A stretch of 63,882 nucleotides of DNA, counting the filler, from Octopus bimaculoides (Eukaryota), in assembly GCF_001194135.2 (NCBI RefSeq). It is 5 parts of 4 records of this genome, joined end to end, with 100 filler letters (N's around TTAATTAATTAA, not from the genome) between each part and the next. Parts side by side here need not be neighbours in the genome. Positions count along the whole stretch, not along the records: positions 53,555 to 62,775 come from NC_068981.1; positions 62,876 to 63,882 come from NW_026384780.1; 3 more parts are not named here. One strand, 5' to 3'. Every line of letters begins with the position of its first letter. Position 1 is the first letter of the stretch. Both the position numbers and the translations under genes were made by a program. Positions 59,531 to 63,882 of the stretch are shown piece after piece. A model generated the notes under the pieces. It did no database searches. It had not been told where the DNA came from and was given only the letters and a program-made list of their open reading frames with translations.

Positions 59531-60127
59531 TCAGCGTTGAATGTTTCATCATCCCATTTCCATTGTACACACACACACACACATATCTCCGTTTTACATA
59601 CACAGACATAAGCTCATACAGAGTTGAGACGTTGTTTCATTTATCTTTTTCACCGTACAGTTTCCATCATCCCACTACGAAGTTTGCCATCACTCCACTT
59701 CCACACACACATATATATACACGTATACATACATATATATACATACATACATATACATACATATATATATATACGTATATATACATACATATATATATAT
59801 ATACGTACATATGTATATACATANNNNNNNNNNNNNNNNNNNNNNNNNNNNNNNNNNNNNNNNNNNNNNNNNNNNNNNNNNNNNNNNNNNNNNNNNNNNN
59901 NNNNNNNNNNNNNNNNNNNNNNNNNNNNNNNNNNNNNNNNNNNNNNNNNNNNNNNNNNNNNNNNNNNNNNNNNNNNNNNNNNNNNNNNNNNNNNNNNNNN
60001 NNNNNNNNNNNNNNNNNNNNNNNNNNNNNNNNNNNNNNNNNNNNNNNNNNNNNNNNNNNNNNNNNNNNNNNNNNNNNNNNNNNNNNNNNNNNNNNNNNNN
60101 NNNNNNNNNNNNNNNNNNNNNNNNNNN

Positions 60128-60357
60128 CATATATATATATTCATATATATATGCATATATATGTAGATATATACATAAATATATAGGTATACCTATGTAT
60201 ATATGCATATGTATATATATATATACATAAATATATCTGTATATCTATATATGCATATATATATGCATGTGCATATGTATATGTATATACATATATATAT
60301 CCTTATGCATATATGTATACATTAATATATATGTACATATGTATATACATGCATGCG

Positions 60358-60410
<53 letters not shown>
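60128..60410. repeat. (TA)/(TG)/(CA) low-complexity tract
   Basis: Read directly. Confidence 0.95.
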
Positions 60411-60413
<3 letters not shown>

Positions 60414-61341
60414 TGTGCATATGTCTGTATGGAGGTTTTGTGTGTGTGTGTGTTTAACTGTGCGCATTTGTATATGTCAAACGTATGTACATACACACCC
60501 AAACAGCGTATCTCTGTATAATTTGTTATTTGCAAGTTCTTGTGTCGTCGTGTGCTGCCCTGCATGTTTGTGTTTAGAACACTATGTTTGATTAAATGCA
60601 CGTGTAAACATACATATGTTCGTATATAAATATACAAAGGTATCGTTAAGTGCAGCAATAGTATTCACATTAGATTTACAGACGTACAAACCTAAAACCA
60701 TTTAATAAATGGGATTACGCAAACATGTCCCTTGCAGTAGATCTTTTTTCCCCCTTTTTGGTTACACATGGTTTCTTCAATTGGACATCGATTCAGATCA
60801 CAGACTCCGAAATGATGCTCTGGAGACAGAGAAGAGTAAATTGCATTGCAATATCAACAAAGTGCTGTGGGAGTAATAATTTTGAACACCTACAAAAATT
60901 GTCATGCATATTATCAGCAATGTCTCATATACAGCAATTTGGAAATCGCCCTTAAAAGCTTACAAATGATGTAATTCCTATGGAGAATTTACAGGCAACA
61001 CTGAGGATCGTTCGTCAATATTTGAGAATGATAGAGTCATATTGTCCTCTTAACATATGCTCCAAATTGTTTCCCCTTCTGATTTAGATGTCCTTTCTTT
61101 CCTTACTTTACTGTGCATTTTTCAACGTTATAGAATTTACATAATTTTACAAATGTAGTAATTGGCTTACTGCACAGATTGTCAGGTTGGCAGTGTAGCT
61201 AAGGGTTCGACCTCCGCTACAGTTATGGACAATACACTTAACTTCAGAGAAACGTCTCTCTTTTGTACATATATATTGTTCTTGGTATCTCCCTCTCTTT
61301 ATCTCCCTCTCTTTATCTCTCTCTCTCTCTCTCTCCTTCTC

Positions 61342-61410
<69 letters not shown>

Positions 61411-62439
61411 TACACACTGAGTTCAAATTCTGCCGCGGTCGACTTTCCTTTTCATCGTCTCTGAGTCGAAAACTGCGACCGCTATAACCGACCACCTGTC
61501 TATTCAGTGTTGCTAACCTTGTACCAAAATTAGAATTATCAAACCACGGTATAACTTTTGACTAATTACTATTTATTCAGGTACCGACTTAATTATTGTT
61601 TGTTAAAATATTTACCTAGCCCTGCTTGACCTACTGATCTTGCGAGCAGCACTAATCATTTGTAAAGGCTTAGAAGCTATCGAGTCATTACGAGGTGCAT
61701 TCTCTATAGTCGTTTCTCTCCAACGCCTGCAAGGCTTGATTAGATTACCATGAATTAAGTATTTGTGTAGTTTATACAGACAGTCCAAGCGTCACCAATC
61801 CATCATCCTTTCGGACATGGTATATCTAGGACTAACATATCTAATGTGTCATCTTTCTGATGTGAAAGATGACTGAGCTGCTATTTCTATCCAGTTGAAC
61901 GAGCCCATAAAAAGTGATATTAGAGGCACCCCCGCTGACTCTTTGACTGTTATATTGAGATGAGTGATGGGAGAGAGTTAATGAGTGTAAGAGAAAATGT
62001 ACCAACTGGTGTATGTAATAGCATTAAAGTCGTGGTTCATAGAAAATCTTTCCTGCACAATTTAAATAATTATACGATAGGTAGATAGATAGATAGATAG
62101 ATAGAGACATACATACATACATACATACATACATACATACATACATACATACATACATACATGGGTAACTTATTTTAGTCATTGGACTCCAGCCATAATT
62201 AGGCAACGCACTGAACTTAGTCAACCAAATCGATAACATCATTTACGTTTTTGCGGTTTTTTTTTACTCTGTTACATATACATATATGTATGTCTATATT
62301 TTTACGCTGATATAGTCTGAACAAATTTCGATTTTACGAACATTTCTTCAGTGCAGTATATATTAATCGTAGTTGACGAAAGAAATACAAAGTTGATGGA
62401 CAAACATTATAAACGAGTAGACATTATATATATATAATA

Positions 62440-62775
62440 GAATTCCTAGAGACAGGAAAATCCTTATGAGACACAGAACAAAGGTCTCAAACCAGTTAAA
62501 TAGAGAACTGGAGGATAGGAAAAGGGCTAAATTAAAACTAACACTGTTAGAAATAGAAAACAAAATTAAACTCTCCCATGAAAAGGAGAGAGCAGAGAAG
62601 GAAAAGAGAGCAGTAGAAAGCATAAAAACAAACCCCAAGGCTTTCTATAGATTTGCAAAGGAGACTGCTACGGTGCAGTATAAGATAGGACCCCTGTTCC
62701 TGCCTAATGGCTCACTGACTGCAGATCCCACCTGGATAAGTGAAGTGCTCAGTACACAATTCAAGAGTGTCTTCA
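62440..62775 (+). mobile_element. CR1/L2-type LINE ORF2 fragment (linker between endonuclease and RT)
   Basis: IKTNPKAFYRFAK...KIGPLFLPNGSLTADPTWISEVLSTQFKSVF matches NPK.F..Y.....IGPL...G....D......L...F.SVF. Confidence 0.8.
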
Positions 62776-62875
62776 NNNNNNNNNNNNNNNNNNNNNNNNN
62801 NNNNNNNNNNNNNNNNNNNTTAATTAATTAANNNNNNNNNNNNNNNNNNNNNNNNNNNNNNNNNNNNNNNNNNNN

Positions 62876-63008
62876 ATGTATATATAAAAGAGACCACTAA
62901 GTGGACTGCTAATGTGCTAGAAGATGATCACTTAAAAATTGAGAACTTTTCAGTGATCTTCTTCTAGCACATTAGCAGTCCACTTAGTGGTCTCTTTTAT
63001 ATGTACAT
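62876..63008. repeat. 133-bp fold-back with 57-bp arms
   Basis: 62876-62932 versus 62952-63008, two mismatches. Confidence 0.92.
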
Positions 63009-63144
63009 ATACAATAATCCTTTTGAGATCTCATAAATTTTTTCTGAATCTTCTGATTCTTTTAATGTGCCGGTTTCCTGGTATTAAACTGATATTAATT
63101 AATATCAAATTTTTACCCTATTATGTTAACTATGTATATGTATG

Positions 63145-63208
<64 letters not shown>

Positions 63209-63234
63209 GTGCATATATGTGTGTGGGGCTCTCT

Positions 63235-63365
63235 TTCTGTCAGTGTGTCCCCCACCACCGCCTGACCAACGGCTGTGTAACGTAGCGATTTGACTTATGA
63301 GACTGATAGAATAAGTATTGGGGTGGATTTGTTCGACATAAACCTTTCAAGGCGGTGTCCCCTCA
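63235..63365 (+). mobile_element. Degenerate SINE family A 3' fragment
   Basis: CCCCACCACCGCCTGACCAAC...GATAGAATAAGTA...GGATTTGTTCGAC..AAGGCGGTG. Confidence 0.65.
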
Positions 63366-63882
63366 CAACCGCAGGTTAATGGCATAATAATAATAATAAT
63401 GATAATAATAATAATAATAAAAGATGCATACATAATCATGTTAATGTTTTCAATCTCTGGCTTTTGTAAAATTTCCTAACCATGAAGTAGTTATATTTTT
63501 CATTTTTGTTTTAATTTTCAAAATGCTCTATGCTCAATTCTTTAAATATTTCTTGATATATTAATTAATCAATTAACTACAATTATTTCTGATGTAAAGC
63601 GTCACTCCTAGTTAAACAGTGCAAAGAGCCGGCCACTGTAAAGACAAAAAAAAGAAAAAAAAAAAAAACACCAGCAAAAAAACTGGTTTATTGTATCGTT
63701 TTACATGTTAAGAATTTCGTGACATTATTTCGTTTGTTAGATAATGAACAAATTTTTACTCATTAACTGTTTTCTATTTTAATTATTCCCTAATTGATCA
63801 TAGTGAGTGTTGACTGAAGAATTAGGACAGCTTTATATATATATATATATAATGTGTGTGTGTGTGTATATATATATATATA

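Overview
Eukaryotic, AT-rich, repeat-dense animal genomic DNA. It is most likely octopus/coleoid cephalopod, inferred from the tRNA-derived SINE families and the extreme microsatellite load. The draft assembly has many N gaps and four artificial N44-TTAATTAATTAA-N44 linkers. Nearly all ORFs in the six-frame track are microsatellite or gap artefacts. The one convincing host gene is on the minus strand. It has a TATA box (47444-47451), an Inr 30 bp downstream (~47421), a 39-nt first exon, an 862-nt intron, and an exon encoding an N-terminal SNAG repressor motif (MPRSFLIKK..., 46307-46151, phase-1 donor GTGAGT). No zinc-finger or homeobox exon is visible in the 46 kb downstream, so the protein may be a Snail/Scratch/Gfi1/Ovo-type factor with a very long intron, or a SNAG-only microprotein. 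The rest is mobile DNA: at least four SINE families, R4/Dong-type, RTE, CR1 and Penelope fragments, Helitron ends, a Mutator-like MITE with a 9-bp TSD, and a Tigger-like MITE. Also present are three minimal type-I hammerhead ribozyme motifs, a ~770-bp nested fold-back, several strong hairpins, and repeated insertion of one SINE family into the same site of another.
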